A stretch of 64,000 nucleotides of DNA from Mobula hypostoma (lineage: Eukaryota). The notes under the pieces are model-generated. The model ran no database searches and was not told the DNA's origin. It saw nothing but the letters and a program-made list of their open reading frames with translations. The stretch is taken from the NCBI RefSeq assembly GCF_963921235.1, contig NC_086108.1:22878001-22942000 (forward strand). The letters are read 5' to 3'. Shown one piece after another: positions 1-15,592 of the stretch; the stretch's first letter is position 1; each line of letters starts with the position of its first letter. The position numbers and the translations under genes were made by a program.

Positions 1-3000
1 GCCACTCATCTTACCATTCCATTCCAATCCCATGAACTGACGCACTAACCTTACCATCCCAACCCCATGAACTGACACCCTCACCTTACCATTCCATCAC
101 CATGAACTGTCCCACTCACCATTCCACTCCAACCCCATGAACTGAACCAGTGACCCGACACTTCAACCCCATGAACTGACCCACTCACCTTACCATCCAA
201 CCCCATAAACTGACCCACTCTCCTCACCACTCCAACTCCATGAACTGACCCACTCACCTTACCATTCCACTCCAACCCCATGAACTGACCCACTCACCTT
301 ACCATTCCACTCCAACCCCATGAACTGACCCACTCACCTTACCATTCCACACCGACCCCACGAACTGACCCACTCACCTGACCATTCCATCCCCTAAACT
401 GACCCACTCACCTTACCATTCGAACCGCATGAACTGACCAACTCACCTTTCCACTCCAAGCCGATGAACTGATCCATTCACCTGACCATCCTATTCCAAC
501 CCCATGAACTGACCTACTCACTTTACCATCCCAACCCAACCCCATGAACTGATCCACACACGTTTCCACTCCAACCCCATGAACTGGCCACTCATCTTAC
601 CATTCCATTCCAATCCCATGAACTGACGCACTCACCTTACCATCTCAACCCCAGGAAGTGACCCACTCACCTTACCAATCCAACCCCTTGAATTAACCCA
701 CTCACTATTCCACTTCAGCCCCATGAACTGACCACTCAACTTACTATTCCACTCCAACCCCATGAACTGAACCAGTGACCTTACACTTCAACCCCATGAA
801 CTGACCCACTCAAAACTGACCCACTCTCCTCACCACTCCAACCCCATGAACAGACCCTCTCACCTTACCATTCCAACCCCACCAACTGACCCAATCACCT
901 TGCCATTCGAACCCCATGAACTGACCCACTCACCTTACCATTCCAACCCCATGAACTGACCTACTCAGCTTACCATTCCAACCACATGAACTGACCCACT
1001 CACTGTACCATTCCAAAACCATGAAATAACCCACTCAGCTTACCACTCCAACCCCATAAACTGACCCACTCACCATTCCCTCCAACCCCATGAACTGAAC
1101 CACTCAACTTACACATCAACCCCATGAACTGACCCACTCACCTTACCAATCCAACCCCTTGAATTAACCCACTCACCATTACATACAACCCCATGAACTG
1201 ACCACTCAACTTACCATTCCATCCCAACCCCATGAACCGACACCCTCACCTTACCATTCCAAACCAACCCCATGAATTGACCCATTCACCTTTCCATTAC
1301 AAACCCATGAACTGACCCACTCACCTTAGCTTTCCAACCCCGTGATCTGACCCACTCACCTTACCATTGCAATCCCATGAACTGACCCACTCACCGTACC
1401 ATTCCATTCCAACCCCATGAACTTAGCCACTAAACTGACCACTCCAAACCAACCCCATGAACTGACCCACTCACCTTACCAGTATAACCCAATGAACTGC
1501 CCCACTCAACTTTCCATTCCAACCCTATGAACTGACCCACTTACCTTACCATTCTATTCCAACACCATGGACTAACCCACTCACCTTACCATTCCAACCC
1601 CATGAACTGACCCATTCACCTTACCATTCAACTCCAACCCCATGAACTGACCCATTCACCTTACCATTCAACTCCAACCCCATGAACTTTCCCTCTCGCC
1701 TTAGTATTCCAACCCCATGAACTGACCCACTCAGCTTACCATTCCACACCGACCCCATGAACTGACCCACTCACCTTACCATTCCATCCCCATAAACTGA
1801 CCCACTTACCATTCCGCTCCAACCCTAGGAAATGAGCCACTCCGCTTACCACTCCAACCCAATGAACTGACTAACTCACCTTACCACTCCAATCCCATGA
1901 ACTGACCCACTCACCTTACTATTCCAACCCCATGAACTGACCCACTCACCATTCCACTCCAACCCCATGAACTGATCCATTCACCTTACCATCCCATTCC
2001 AACCCCATGAACTGACCTACTCACTTTACCATCCCAAACCAACCCTATGTACTGATCCACTCACCTTTCCATTCCACTCTAACCCCATGAACTGGCCACT
2101 CATCTTACCATTCCATTCCAACCCCATGAACTGACGCACTCACCTTACCATCCCAACCCCAGGAAGTGACCCACTCACCTTACCATTCCAATCCACCCCA
2201 ATGAACTGACCCACTCAGCATACCATTCGAAACCAACCACAAGAACTGACCCACTCACCTTACCATTCCATTCCAATCCCCATGAACTGACCTACTCAGC
2301 TTACCACTCCAACCACATGAACCGACCCACTCACCTTACCATTCCACACCGACCCCACGAACTGACCCACTCACCTGACCATTCCATCCCCCTAAACTGA
2401 CCCACTCACCTTACCATTCGAACCGCATGAACTGACCAACTCACCTTTCCACTCCAACCCCATGAACTGACCCACTTACCATTCTGCTCCAACCCCAGGA
2501 AATGACCCACTCCGCTTACCACTCCAACCCAATGAACTGACCAACTCACCTTACCACTCCAACCCCATGAACTGACCCACTCACCATTCCACTCCAACCC
2601 CATGAACTGATCCATTCACTTTACCATCCCAACCCAACCCCATGAACTGATCCACTCACCTTTCCACTCCAATCCCATGTACTGGCCACTCATCTTACCA
2701 TTCCATTCCAATCCCATGAACTGACGCACTCACCTTACCATCCCAACCCCAGGAAGTGACCCACTCACTTTACCATTCCATTCCAACCCCATGAACTGAC
2801 CTACTCACCTTACCACTCCAACCACATGAACCGACCCACTCACTTTACCATTCCAAAGCCATGAAATGACCCACTCAGCTTACCACTCCAACCCCATGAA
2901 CTGACTCACTCACCATTCCACTCCAACCCCATGAACTGGCCACTCATCTTACCATTCCATTCCAATCTCATGAACTGACGCACTAACCTTACCATCCCAA

Positions 3001-6000
3001 CCCCATGAACTGACACCCTCACCTTACCATTCCATCACCATGAACTGTCCCATTCACCATTCCACTCCAACCCCATGAACTGAACCAGTGACCTGACACT
3101 TCAACTCCATGAACTGACCCACTCACCTTACCATTCCATTCCAATCCCATGAACTGACCCACTCACCTTACCAGTATAACCCAATGAACTGCCCCACTCA
3201 ACTTTCCATTCCAACCCTATGAACTGACCCACTTACCTTACCATTCTATTCCAACACCATGGACTAACCCACTCACCTTACCATTCCAACCCCATGAACT
3301 GACCCACTCAGCTTAACACTCCAACCCCATGAACTGACCCATTCACCTTACCATTCAACTCCAACCCCATGAACTTTCCCTCTCGCCTTAGTATTCCAAC
3401 CCCATGAACTGACCCACTCAGCTTACCATTCCACACCGACCCCATGAACTGACCCACTCACCTTACTATTCCATCCCCATAAACTGACCCACTTACCATT
3501 CTGCTCCAACCCTAAGAAATGACACACTCCGCTTACCACTCCAACCCAATGAACTGACTAACTCACCTTACCACTCCAATCCCATGAACTGACCCACTCA
3601 CCTTACTATTCCAACCCCATGAACTGACCCACTCACCATTCCACTCCAACCCCATGAACTGATCCATTCACCTTACCATCCCATTCCAACCCCATGAACT
3701 GACCTACTCACTTTACCATCCCAAACCAACCCTATGTACTGATCCATTCACCTTTCCATTCCACTCTAACCCCATGAACTGGCCACTCATCTTACCATTC
3801 CATTCCAACCCCATGAACTGACGCACTCACCTTACCATCCCAACCCCAGGAAGTGACCCACTCACCTTACCATTCCAATCCACCCCAATGAACTGACCCA
3901 CTCAGCATACCATTCGAAACCAACCACAAGAACTGACCCACTCACCTTACCATTCCATTCCAATCCCCATGACTGACCTACTCAGCTTACCACTCCAACC
4001 ACATGAACCGACCCACTCACCTTACCATTCCACACCGACCCCACGAACTGACCCACTCACCTGACCATTCCATCCCCCTAAACTGACCCACTCACCTTAC
4101 CATTCGAACCGCATGAGCTGACCAACTCACCTTTCCACTCCAACCCCATGAACTGACCCACTTACCATTCCGCTCCAACCCCAGGAAATGACCCACTCCG
4201 CTTACCACTCCAACCCAATGAACTGACCAACTCACCTTACCACTCCAACCCCATGAACTGACCCACTCACCATTCCACTCCAACCCCATGAACTGATCCA
4301 TTCACCTTACCATCCTATTCCAACCCCATGAACTGACCTACTCACTTTACCATCCCAACCCAACCCCATGAACTGATCCACTCACCTTTCCACTCCAATC
4401 CCATGTACTGGCCACTCATCTTACCATTCCATTCCAATCCCATGAACTGACGCACTCACCTTACCATCCCAACCCCAGGAAGTGACCCACTCACTTTACC
4501 ATTCCATTCCAATCCCCATGAACTGACCCACTCACCTTACCATTCCAAACCGACCACAAGAACTGACCCACTCACCTTACCATTCCAACCCAGCCCCATT
4601 AAATGACCCACTCACCTTACCATTCCAACCCCATGAACTGACCTACTCAGCTTACCACTCCAACCACATGAACCGACCCACTCACTTTACCATTCCAAAA
4701 CCATGAAATGACCCACTCAGCTTACCACTCCAACCCCATGAACTGACCCACTCACCATTCCACTCCAACCCCATGAACTGGCCACTCATCTTACCATTCC
4801 ATTCCAATCCCATGAACTGACACACTAACCTTACCATCCCAACCCCATGAACTGACACCCTCACCTTACCATTCCATCACCATGAACGGTCCCACTCACC
4901 ATTCCACTCCAACCCCATGAACTGAACCAGTGACCCGACACTTCAACCCCATGAACTGACCCACTCACCTTACCATCCAACCCCATAAACTGACCCACTC
5001 TCCTCACCACTCCAACTCCATGAACTGACCCACTCACCTTACCATTCCACTCCAACCCCATGAACTGACCCACTCACCTTACCATTCCACTCCAACCCCA
5101 TGAACTGACCCACTCACCTTACCATTCCACACCGACCCCACGAACTGACCCACTCACCTGACCATTCCATCCCCTAAACTGACCCACTCACCTTACCATT
5201 TGAACCGCATGAACTGACCAACTCACCTTTCCACTCCAAGCCGATGAACTGATCCATTCACCTGACCATCCTATTCCAACCCCATGAACTGACCTACTCA
5301 CTTTACCATCCCAACCCAACCCCATGAACTGATCCACACACGTTTCCACTCCAACCCCATGAACTGGCCACTCATCTTACCATTCCATTCCAATCCCATG
5401 AACTGACGCACTCACCTTACCATCTCAACCCCAGGAAGTGACCCACTCACCTTACCAATCCAACCCCTTGAATTAACCCACTCACTATTCCACTTCAGCC
5501 CCATGAACTGACCACTCAACTTACTATTCCACTCCAACCCCATGAACTGAACCAGTGACCTTACACTTCAACCCCATGAACTGACCCACTCAAAACTGAC
5601 CCACTCTCCTCACCACTCCAACCCCATGAACAGACCCTCTCACCTTACCATTCCAACCCCACCAACTGACCCAATCACCTTGCCATTCGAACCCCATGAA
5701 CTGACCCACTCACCTTACCATTCCAACCCCATGAACTGACCTACTCAGCTTACCATTCCAACCACATGAACTGACCCACTCACCTTACCAATCCAACCCC
5801 TTGAATTAACCCACTCACCATTCCATACAACCCCATGAACTGACCACTCAACTTACCATTCCATCCCAACCCCATGAACCGACACCCTCACCTTACCATT
5901 CCAAACCAACCCCATGAATTGACCCATTCACCTTTCCATTACAAACCCATGAACTGACCCACTCACCTTAGCTTTCCAACCCCGTGATCTGACCCACTCA

Positions 6001-9000
6001 CCTTACCATTGCAATCCCATGAACTGACCCACTCACGTCACCATTCCAAACCAACCCAATTAACTGACCCACTCACCGTACCATTCCATTCCAACCCCAT
6101 GAACTTAGCCACTAAACTGACCACTCCAAACCAACCCCATGAACTGACCCACTCACCTTACCAGTATAACCCAATGAACTGCCCCACTCAACTTTCCATT
6201 CCAACCCTATGAACTGACCCACTTACCTTACCATTCTATTCCAACACCATGGACTAACCCACTCACCTTACCATTCCAACCCCATGAACTGACCCATTCA
6301 CCTTACCATTCAACTCCAACCCCATGAACTGACCCATTCACCTTACCATTCAACTCCAACCCCATGAACTTTCCCTCTCGCCTTAGTATTCCAACCCCAT
6401 GAACTGACCCACTCAGCTTACCATTCCACACCGACCCCATGAACTGACCCACTCACCTTACCATTCCATCCCCATAAACTGACCCACTTACCATTCCGCT
6501 CCAACCCTAGGAAATGAGCCACTCCGCTTACCACTCCAACCCAATGAACTGACTAACTCACCTTACCACTCCAATCCCATGAACTGACCCACTCACCTTA
6601 CTATTCCAACCCCATGAACTGACCCACTCACCATTCCACTCCAACCCCATGAACTGATCCATTCACCTTACCATCCCATTCCAACCCCATGAACTGACCT
6701 ACTCACTTTACCATCCCAAACCAACCCTATGTACTGATCCACTCACCTTTCCATTCCACTCTAACCCCATGAACTGGCCACTCATCTTACCATTCCATTC
6801 CAACCCCATGAACTGACGCACTCACCTTACCATCCCAATCCACCCCAATGAACTGACCCACTCAGCATACCATTGGAAACCAACCACAAGAACTGACCCA
6901 CTCACCTTACCATTCCATTCCAATCCCCATGAACTGACCTACTCAGCTTACCACTCCAACCACATGAACCGACCCACTCACCTTACCATTCCACACCGAC
7001 CCCACGAACTGACCCACTCACCTGACCATTCCATCCCCCTAAACTGACCCACTCACCTTACCATTCGAACCGCATGAACTGACCAACTCACCTTTCCACT
7101 CCAACCCCATGAACTGACCCACTTACCATTCCACTCCAACCCCATGAACTGATCCATTCACCTTACCATCCTATTCCAACCCCATGAACTGACCTACTCA
7201 CTTTACCATCCCAACCCAACCCCATGAACTGATCCACTCACCTTTCCACTCCAATCCCATGTACTGGCCACTCATCTTACCATTCCATTCCAATCCCATG
7301 AACTGACGCACTCACCTTACCATCCCAACCCCAGGAAGTGACCCACTCACTTTACCATTCCATTCCAACCCCATGAACTGACCTACTCACCTTACCACTC
7401 CAACCACATGAACCGACCCACTCACTTTACCATTCCAAAGCCATGAAATGACCCACTCAGCTTACCACTCCAACCCCATGAACTGACTCACTCACCATTC
7501 CACTCCAACCCCATGAACTGGCCACTCATCTTACCATTCCATTCCAATCTCATGAACTGACGCACTAACCTTACCATCCCAACCCCATGAACTGACACCC
7601 TCACCTTACCATTCCATCACCATGAACTGTCCCATTCACCATTCCACTCCAACCCCATGAACTGAACCAGTGACCTGACACTTCAACTCCATGAACTGAC
7701 CCACTCACCTTACCATTCCACTCCAACCCCATGAACTGACCCACTCACCTTACCATTCCACTCCAACCCCATGAACTGACCCACTCACCTTACCATTCCA
7801 CACCGACCCCACGAACTGACCCACTCACCTGACCATTCCATCCCCTAAACTGACCCACTCACCTTACCATTCGAACCGCATGAACTGACCAACTCACCTT
7901 TCCACTCCAAGCCGATGAACTGATCCATTCACCTGACCATCCTATTCCAACCCCATGAACTGACCTACTCACTTTACCATCCCAACCCAACCCCATGAAC
8001 TGATCCACACACCTTTCCACTCCAACCCCATGAACTGGCCACTCATCTTACCATTCCATTCCAATCCCATGAACTGACGCACTCACCTTACCATCTCAAC
8101 CCCAGGAAGTGACCCACTCACCTTACCAATCCAACCCCTTGAATTAACCCACTCACTATTCCACTTCAACCCCATGAACTGACCACTCAACTTACCATTC
8201 CACTCCAACCCCATGAACTGAACCAGTGACCTTACACTTCAACCCCATGAACTGACCCACTCAAAACTGACCCACTCTCCTCACCACTCCAACCCCATGA
8301 ACAGACCCTCTCACCTTACCATTCCAACCCCACCAACTGACCCAATCACCTTGCCATTCGAACCCCATGAACTGACCCACTCACCTTACCATTCCAACCC
8401 CATGAACTGACCTACTCAGCTTACCATTCCAACCACATGAACTGACCCACTCACTGTACCATTCCAAAACCATGAAATAACCCACTCAGCTTACCACTCC
8501 AACCCCATGAACTGACCCACTCACCATTCCCTCCAACCCCATGAACTGAACCACTCAACTTACACATCAACCCCATGAACTGACCCACTCACCTTACCAA
8601 TCCAACCCCTTGAATTAACCCACTCACCATTCCATACAACCCCATGAACTGACCACTCAACTTACCATTCCATCCCAACCCCATGAACCGACACCCTCAC
8701 CTTACCATTCCAAACCAACCCCATGAATTGACCCATTCACCTTTCCATTACAAACCCATGAACTGACCCACTCACCTTAGCTTTCCAACCCCGTGATCTG
8801 ACCCACTCACCTTACCATTGCAATCCCATGAACTGACCCACTCACGTCACCATTCCAAACCAACCCAATTCACTGACCCACTCACCGTACCATTCCATTC
8901 CAACCCCATGAACTTAGCCACTAAACTGACCACTCCAAACCAACTCCATGAATTGACCCATTCAGCTTACTACTGCACTCCAACCCCATCAACTGACCCA

Positions 9001-12000
9001 CTGACCTTACCATTCTAACCCCGTGAACTGACCCACTCACCTTACCATTCCAAATCAACCCAATGAGCTGAACCACTCACCTTACCATTCCATTCCAAAC
9101 CCCATGAACTGACCCACTCACCTGACCGGTCCAAACCAACCCCATGAACTGACCCATTTTCCTTACCACTCCAACCCCATGAAATGACCCACTCGGCTGA
9201 CCACTCCAAACCCATGAACTGACCCACTCACCTTACCATTCCAACCACTTGAATTGACCCCTTCACCTTACTATTCCATCCCCATGAAATGACCCACTCA
9301 CCTCACCATTCCACTCCAACCCCATAAACTGACCATTCACCTTACCATTACATTCCAACCCCATGAACTGTCGCACGCACCTTACTATCCCAACCCTATG
9401 AACTGAGCCACTCACCTTTTCATTCTGACCCCATGAACTGACCCACTCACCTTACCATTCCAAATCAACCCAATGAGCTGAACCACTCACCTTACCATTC
9501 CATTCCAAACCCCATGAACTGACCCACTCACCTGACCGGTCCAAACCAACCCCATGAACTGACCCATTTTCCTTACCACTCCAACCCCATGATCTGACCC
9601 ACTCAGCTGACCACTCGAACCCCATGAACTACCCACTCACCTTACCATTCCAACCACTTGAATTGACCCCTTCACCTTACTATTCCATCCCCATGAAATG
9701 ACCCACTCACCTCACCATTCCACTCCAACCCCATAAACTGACCACTCACCTTACCATTACATTCCAACCCCATGAACTGTCGCACGCACCTTACTATCCC
9801 AACCCTATGAACTGAGCCACTCACCTTTCCATTCTGACCCCATGAACTGACCCACTCACCTTAGCTTTCCAACCCCATGATCTGACCCACTCACCTTAGC
9901 ATTGCAACCCCATGAACTGACCGACTCACCTTACCATTCCAACCCAACCCCATGAACTGACCCACTCACCTTACCATTCCATTCCAACCCCATGAACTGA
10001 CCCACTCACCTTGCCATTCCAAACCAACCCCATGAGTTGACCCATTCAGCTTTATTCCGTTCCAAACCCCATGAACTGACCCACTCACCTTACCGCTCGA
10101 ACCCAACTCCATGAACTGTCCCTCTCGTCTTAGTATTCCAACCCCATGAACTGACCCACTCACCTTACCATTCCACCCCAACCCCATGATCTGACTCTCT
10201 CACCTTACCATTCCACACCGACCCCATGAACTGACCCACTGACCTTACCATTCCATCCCCATAAACTGACCCACTCACCTTACCATTCGAACCCCATGAA
10301 CTGACCCACTCACCTTACTATTCCAACCCCATGAACTGACCCACTCACCATTCCACTCCAACCCCATGAACTGACCTCGCACCTTACTTTTCCAACCCCA
10401 TGAACTGTCCCACCCACCTTACCATTCCATTCCAATCCCATGAACTGATTCACTCACCTTACCACTCTAACTCAATGAACTGCCCCACTCAACTTACCAT
10501 TCCAACCCTATGAACTGACCCACTCACCCTACCATTCTATTCCAACCGCATGGACTAACCCACTCACCTTATCACTCCAACCCCATGAACTGTCCCACTC
10601 ATGTTAGCACTCCAACCCCATGAACTGACCCACTCACCTTACCATCCCATTCCAACCCCATGAACTGACCTACTCATCTTCCCATTCCATTCCAACCTCA
10701 GGAACTGACGCACTCACCTTACCATCCCAACCCCAGGAAGTGACCCATTCACCTTACCATTCCAAACCAACCCAATGAACTGACCCACTGACCTTACCAT
10801 TCCATCCCCATAAACTGACCCACTCACCTTACCATTCGAACCTAATGAACTGACCCACTCACCTTACTATTCCAACCCCATGAACTGACCCACCCACCAT
10901 CCCACTCCAAACCAACCCCATGAATTGAACAATTCAGCTTACCATTCCATTCCAAACCCCATGAACTGACCCACTCAGCTTACCACTCCAACCCCATGAA
11001 CTGACCTACTCAGCTTACCATTCCAACCCCATGAACTGACCTACTCAGCTTACTACTGCAACCCCATGAACTGACCCACTCACCTGACCACTTCAAACCA
11101 ACCCCATGAACTGACCCATTCACCTTGCCATTCCAAACCTACCCCATGAATTGACCCATTCAGCTTTATTCCGTTCCAAACCCCATGAACTGACCCACTC
11201 AGCTTACCGCTCCAACCCAACTTTATGAACTGACCCACTCATCTTACCATTCCAACCCCATGAACTGACCCACTCAGCTTAACACTCCAACCCCATGAAC
11301 TGACCCATTCACCTTACCGTTCAACTCCAACTCCATGAACTGTCCCTCTCGTCTTAGTATTCCAACCCCATGAACTGACCCTCTCACCTTACCATTCCAC
11401 ACCGACCCCATGAACTGACCCACTGACCTTACCATTCCATCCCCATAAACTGACACACTCACCTTACCATTCGAACCCCATAAACTGACCCACTCACCTT
11501 ACCATTCCAACCCAACCCCATAAACTGACCACTCACCTTACCATTCCATTCCAACCCCATGAACTGTCGCACGCACCTTACTATCCCAACCCTATTAACT
11601 GAGCCACTCACGTTAGCACGCCATTCCAACCCCATGAACTGACCACTCACCTTTCTATTCTGACCCCATGAACTGACCCACTCACCTTAGCTTTCCATTC
11701 CAATCCCCATGAACTGACCCACTCACCCTACCACTCCAAATCAACCCAATGAACTGACCCACTCACCTTACCATTTCAAACCCCATGAACTGACCCACTC
11801 ACATGACCACTCCATACCAACCCCATGAACTGTCGCACGCACCTTACTATCCCAACCCTATGAACTGAGCTACTCACGTTAGCACTCCATTCCAACCCCA
11901 TGAGCTGACCACTCACCTTTCCATTCTGAATCCATGAACTGACCCACTCACCTTAGCTTTCCAACCCCATGGTCTGACCCACTCACCTTACCATTCCAAA

Positions 12001-14815
12001 CCCCATGAACTGACCCACTCACATGACCACTCCATACCAACCCCATGAACTGTCCCATTCACCTTACCACTCCAACCCCATGATATGACCCACTCACCTT
12101 AGCATTCCAACCCCATGAACTGACCCACTCAGCTGACCACTCCAACCGCATGAACTACCCACTCACCTTACCATTCCAACCACTTGAATTGACCCCCTCA
12201 CCTTACCATTCCATCCCCATGAAATGACCCACTCACCTCACCATTCCACTCCATCCCCATAAACTGACCACTCACCTTACCATTACATTCCAACCCCATG
12301 AACTGTCGCACGCACCTTACTATCCCAACCCTATGAACTGAGCCACTCACGTTAGCACTCCATTCCAACCCCATGAGCTGACCACTCACCTTACCATCCC
12401 TTTCCAGCCCCATGAACTGACCCACTCACTTTACCATTCCAACCCAACCCCATGGTCTGACCCACTCACCTTACCATTGCAACCCCATGAACTGACCCTC
12501 TCACCTTACCATTCCAACCCAACCCCATGAACTGACCCACTCACCTTACCACTCCAACCCCATGAACTGACCCACTCACCTTGCCATTCCAAACCAACCC
12601 CATGAATTGACCCATTCAGCTTACCATTCCGTTCCAAACCCCATGAACTGACCCACTCATCTTACTATTCCAACCCCATGAAGTGACCCTTTCACCTTAC
12701 CGTTCAACTCCAACCCCATGAACTGTCCCTCTTGCCTTAGTATTCCAACCCCATGAACTGACCCACTCACCTTACCATTCCACTCCAACCCCATGAACTG
12801 ACCCACTCACCTTACCATTCCACACCGACCCCATGAACTGACCCACTCACCTTACCATTCCATCCCCAGAAACTGACCCACTCACCTTACCATTCGAACC
12901 CTATGAACTGACCAACTCACCTTTCCACTCCAACCCCATGAACTGACCCACTTACCATTCCGCTCCAACCCCAGGAAATGACCCACTCCGTTTACCACTC
13001 CAACCCAATGAACTGACCAACTCACCATTCCACTCCAACCCCATGAACTGACCCACTCACCTTACCATTCCACACCGACCCCATGAACTGACCCACTCAC
13101 CTTACCATTCCATCCCCAGAAACTGACCCACTCACCTTACCATTCGAACCCTATGAACTGACCAACTCACCTTTCCACTCCAACCCCATGAACTGACCCA
13201 CTTACCATTCCGCTCCAACCCCAGGAAATGACCCACTCCGTTTACCACTCCAACCCAATGAACTGACCAACTCACCATTCCACTCCAACCGCATGAACTG
13301 ACTTCGCACCTTACTTTTCTAACCCCATGAACTGACCCACTCACCTTAGCACTCTAACCCAATGAACTGCCCCACTCAACTTACCATTCCAACCCTATGA
13401 ACTGACCCACTCACCTTACCGTTCTGTTCCAACCCCATGGACTAACCGACTCACCTTACCCTTCCAACCCCATGAAATGACCCATTTACCTTACCACTCC
13501 AACCCCATGAACTGACCCACTCAGGTTACCACTCCAACCGCATGAACTGACCTACTCACCTTATCATTCCAGCCCCATGAACTGACCCACTCACTTTACC
13601 ATTCCAACCCAACCACATGGTCTGACCCACTCACCTTACCATTGCAACCCCATGAACTGACCCACTCACCTTACCATTCTATTCCAACCCCATGGACTAA
13701 CCCACTCACCTTACTATTCCAACCCCATGAAATGACCCATTTACCTTCCCACTCCAACCCCATGAACTGACCCACTCAGGTTACCACTCCAACCGTATGA
13801 ACTGACCTACTCACCTTATCATTCCAACCCCATGAACTGACCCACTCACCGTATCATTCCAAATCAATCCCATGAACTGACCCACTCACCTTACCATCCC
13901 TTTCCAGCCCCATGAACTGACCCACTCACTTTACCATTCCAACCCAACCCCATGAACTGACCTTCTCACCTTACCTTTCCAATCCCATGAACTGACCCAC
14001 TCACCTTACCATTCCACTCCAACCCCATGAACTGACCCACTCACCTTACCATTCCACACCGACCCCATGAACTGACCCACTCACCTTACCATTCCATCCC
14101 CATAAACTGACCCACTCACCTTACCATTTGAACCCCATGAACTGACCAACTCACCTTTCCACTCCAACCCCATGAACTGACCCACTTACCATTCTGCTCC
14201 AACCCCAGGAAATGACCCACTCCGCTTTCCACTCCAACCCAATGAACTGACCAACTTACCTTTCCACTCCAACCCCATGAACTGACCCACTCACCTTACT
14301 ATTCCAACCCCATGAACTGACTCACTCACCATTCCACTCCAACCCCATGAACTGATCCATTCACCTTACCATTCCATTCCAATCCCATGAACTGACCCAC
14401 TCACCTTACCACTCTAACCCAATGAACTGCCCCACTCCACGTACCATTCCAACCCCATGAATTGACCCATTTACCTTACCACTCTAACCGCATGAACTGA
14501 CCTACTCACCTTACCATTCCAACCCCATGAACTGACCCACTCAGCTTACCATTCCAACCCCACCCCATGAACTGACCCACTCACCTTACCATTCCAACCC
14601 CATGAACTGACCCACTCAACTTATCATTCCAAAGCAACCACATGAACTGACCCACTCACCTTACCATTCCACTCCAACCCCATGATCTCACCCACTGATC
14701 TTACCATTCCAACCCCATGAACTGACCCAGTCACCTTACTATTTCATTCCAACCCAATGAACTGACCCACTCACTTTATCACTCCAACCCAACCCCATGA
14801 ACTGACCCACACCCA
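1..14815. repeat. Satellite / large tandem array, ~35-bp monomer (AACCC CATGA ACTGA CCCAC TCACC TTACC ATTCC) with higher-order repeats; runs off the left edge
   Basis: The monomer recurs continuously. Length variants mostly gain or lose one pentamer (ATTCC/ACTCC). Long near-exact block copies restart at 1, 4781 and 7521, and the ORF-track translations at 81 and 4861 are identical. Confidence 0.98.
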
Positions 14816-15592
14816 ACTACTCCCGTAGCCCATTTGTCATACAACTTGCTACCCAGCACCAAGTGTGTGAGCATTGTGATGCCCTTTCTCCCCGCTAATG
14901 TCTCTTTCTACTGATTTTTTCCTCTCCACTCCCATTAGCCTTCCGTAATGTTCCTTCCATGATTCCCTTTCCCTCCTCCCACAATGTCCTGTCCTGATGT
15001 CCCTATCCTTGAAGTTGTCTCTGTCCCAGCCGACACCAGGGTGCATGTGGTCCGCACTGTCCCGTCAGAATCATTGTTTGCCTGCCACCTGCTTGCAACT
15101 CAAAGCCTACGTGATATCCCTCAGTGTTCCTGTGTGATGCCTTGGACTTGGTCTTTGATACAATATGAAATTGCTCGAGGTGACCTGAAACCAAATTTCC
15201 ATTAATTGGCCCATCAGAATGTCATTTCATATTTGTTTTTAAGTACTGAATAATTTCTAAAACAGTGTTTATTTATCACACTAGATACGTAAAATCTGTT
15301 TGCAAACAGAACTCACGAAAGACAATTGGTATTCAATATTTTAACAAAGAATTACCAAGTAATTTCTGTCCTGTATCCAATTATCAAAGCATTCCAGGAC
15401 ACCAAGCAGGTTCACTTATCAACCTCTGCACCAAATTGACAAGATAAATGTCAATCAGCTGACCTGTGTATTGTACCTTTATTCCTATTTAATTAACAAA
15501 TTGTACCCAAGTGTCCTGAGACCCTGGAGCTGGTGTAGATTATACGTGGATATAATCTATGTATAGATGTAGATTATCTGGTGTAGATTAAA

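Noticed and set aside
81..13344. Many 60-75 aa ORFs (MGQFMGLEWNGKVSGSVHG...)
   Set aside because: These are translations of the satellite; the 35-bp period is not a multiple of 3, so frames break constantly.
1..14815. CRISPR-like appearance of a recurring ~35-bp unit
   Set aside because: There are no unique spacers, the whole unit is repeated, no cas genes are present, and the context is eukaryotic.
1..14815. Nuclear-receptor half-sites (GGGTCA, AGTTCA on the minus strand) in each monomer
   Set aside because: The two half-sites overlap by one base, which is not a recognised direct-repeat spacing, and there is no other support.
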